Below, one piece after another: positions 62,422 to 64,000 of a DNA stretch of 64,000 bases. Origin of the DNA: Terriglobia bacterium (GTDB lineage: Bacteria; Acidobacteriota; Terriglobia; 20CM-2-55-15); NCBI GenBank assembly GCA_965247425.1, contig OZ252023.1, forward strand, positions 488,533-552,532, written 5' to 3'. The first letter of the stretch is position 1. Every line of letters begins with the position of its first letter. The position numbers and the translations under genes were made by a program. A model generated the notes under the pieces. It was not told where the DNA came from, did not search any database, and saw nothing but the letters and a program-made list of their open reading frames with translations.

Positions 62422-62477
62422 CGCCCTGATTGGAGCGTTTGAGACGGGGGCGGGTTCAACCCCTGTCGGGGCGTCCA
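62422..62477 (+). ncRNA. Possible minimal tRNA-like element or tRNA relic
   Basis: 7-bp acceptor-like stem CGCCCTG/CGGGGCG, 5-bp T-arm with TTCAACC loop, T-CCA end; no proper D stem or anticodon arm. Confidence 0.3.
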
Positions 62478-62644
62478 ACCCTTTGGAGAAAACCGATTTA
62501 GTTGAATGACCCTTGTTCTTTTTCGTTCGAGGGAGGCTATAATCCCGGGATCGCCAATCCACGGTCTGGTGTCACCTGGAGCGCGTGACGATTGCTGATG
62601 ACCTTCGGTCGGTGAGTTCTCGCAACAGAAATGGGAGGGAGAAG

Positions 62645-64000
62645 ATGTCGCGACGAATTTTGAACACGGTTCTGGCCATGCTGGTCATTGTCGGCGGGCT
62701 CGCGGTGCTGGTGACACCGGGGTCGAGTCAGAACAGCACGTCCGGCCAAGGTCAGTACGCAGCAAAGCCCAGCACGGCAAACGGCGAGTGGCCCGAGTAC
62801 ACCGCCGATCTGGCGGGAAGCAAGTACTCGCCTCTGGACCAGATCAACGCCGAAAATTTTAACGATCTCGAAGTGGCGTGGAGCTTCAAGACCGACGCCT
62901 TCGGCCCGCGTCCGGAGAACAAGCTGGAAGGGACGCCGCTGATGGTCAAGGGCGTCATCTACACGACCGCCGGGACGCGGCGGGCTGCCGTTGCCCTGGA
63001 TGGGAAGACCGGCGAGTTGCTGTGGATGTACCGGATGGATGAAGGCCGGAGGGCGGATATGGCGCCCCGGAAGCTTTCGGGCCGTGGACTTGCGTATTGG
63101 ACAGACGGACTGGGCGATGAGCTCATCATTCTTGTCACGATTGGTTACAGGATGGTCGCGCTGGATGCGAAGACAGGCATTCCCGTGGATTCGTTCGGCA
63201 GGGACGGCGTCGTGGATCTCAAGCAGGGTGTCATCATCGGCGCAGACAAGCAGGTCGATCTCGTGAACGGCGAAGTCGGTCTCCATTCGACAGCCGCCGT
63301 GGTGGGCAACAAGATCATCGTCGGGTCCTCGATGGCGGAAGGTCTCGGATACCGGTACAGCATCAACGCCAAGGGTCTCGTCCGAGCGTTCGACGCCCAG
63401 AGTGGCGACCTGCTGTGGGGCTTCGATGGCGTTCCGGGTCCGGGACAGTTCGGGAATGACACCTGGGAGGGTGGTTCCTGGGAGTGGACCGGCAACAACG
63501 GGGTCTGGACCGAGATTACTGTCGATGAGGAAGCCGGGATTGCGTACCTGCCGATCGAAACGCCGACGATCGACGAGTACGGAGGCAACCGTCTGGGAGA
63601 CAATCTTTTCGCCGAGACTCTCGTTGCGGTCGATCTGGAGACCGGCCGGCGGCTTTGGCACTTCCAATTGGTGCACCATCCGATATGGGATCACGATATC
63701 TCCGCGGCGCCCCTGCTGATGGACGTGACGATCGACGGGCGCGAGCGCAAGGTCGTCGCGCAGCCAGGCAAACAGGGGTGGCTCTACGTGTTTGACCGGA
63801 TCACAGGAGAACCGATCTGGCCTATTCCTGAAGTCGCGGTTCCACAGACCGACGTTCCCGGCGAAAAGACGGCCGCAACGCAGCCGATGCCGACCAAGCC
63901 TCCGCCGTTTTCCCGCACGCACCTTGCCCGGGAAGACGTGATCGACTTCACGCCGGAGCTGCGGGCCCAAGCACTGGAGAACCTCGCAAAGTATCGTTGG
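62645..64000 (+). CDS. PQQ beta-propeller quinoprotein (glucose dehydrogenase-like), runs off window
   Basis: Manual translation: signal peptide, GEWPEY, YSPLDQIN..N..DLEVAW, EGTPLMV, WHFQLVHHPIWDHD; absent from ORF track because it is open-ended. Confidence 0.92.
   Translation, partial: MSRRILNTVLAMLVIVGGLAVLVTPGSSQNSTSGQGQYAAKPSTANGEWPEYTADLAGSKYSPLDQINAENFNDLEVAWSFKTDAFGPRPENKLEGTPLMVKGVIYTTAGTRRAAVALDGKTGELLWMYRMDEGRRADMAPRKLSGRGLAYWTDGLGDELIILVTIGYRMVALDAKTGIPVDSFGRDGVVDLKQGVIIGADKQVDLVNGEVGLHSTAAVVGNKIIVGSSMAEGLGYRYSINAKGLVRAFDAQSGDLLWGFDGVPGPGQFGNDTWEGGSWEWTGNNGVWTEITVDEEAGIAYLPIETPTIDEYGGNRLGDNLFAETLVAVDLETGRRLWHFQLVHHPIWDHDISAAPLLMDVTIDGRERKVVAQPGKQGWLYVFDRITGEPIWPIPEVAVPQTDVPGEKTAATQPMPTKPPPFSRTHLAREDVIDFTPELRAQALENLAKYRW

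Noticed and set aside
62357-62477. tmRNA or canonical tRNA
   Set aside because: No alanine-type G3-U70 acceptor, tag frame, D stem or 7-nt anticodon loop; kept only as a low-confidence tRNA-like element
62537-63970. 477-aa minus-strand ORF
   Set aside because: Antisense shadow of the plus-strand PQQ dehydrogenase starting at 62645

Overview
GC-rich bacterial window, probably Acidobacteriota (PadR + duplicated-orphan-permease pair and other Acidobacteria-type secreted proteins; inference). It is an accessory, IS-rich region. Contents: (1) a tyrosine-recombinase + IS91-type transposase element abutting a 5'-truncated giant Ig/cadherin-repeat adhesin gene. (2) A collapsed contractile injection system locus with only VgrG and PAAR intact, flanked by decayed tube, LysM and gp25 remnants missing from the ORF track. 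(3) Two near-identical inverted IS21 copies, splitting an ECF sigma gene and a large secreted-protein gene. (4) A frameshifted DUF4011-helicase-nuclease-DUF3320 gene and a frameshifted Ser/Thr kinase. (5) An intact ~12 kb cluster: K+ channel, J-domain, YbjN/CesT-like, PspA, His-rich membrane protein, Tat flavoenzyme, membrane-bound SpeE, DUF4178, Gly/Arg-tailed protein, DUF350 and SpeD. This is the best candidate for a poorly characterised system (envelope stress coupled to aminopropyl transfer). (6) IS1380 nested in a MITE, a second MITE family in two copies, and a two-gene DDE IS. (7) Housekeeping genes (DEAD-box helicase, RluA, RlmL-like, PQQ dehydrogenases) and a possible minimal tRNA-like element. 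No CRISPR array, rRNA or canonical tRNA was seen. All family calls are motif recognition by eye, not database searches.
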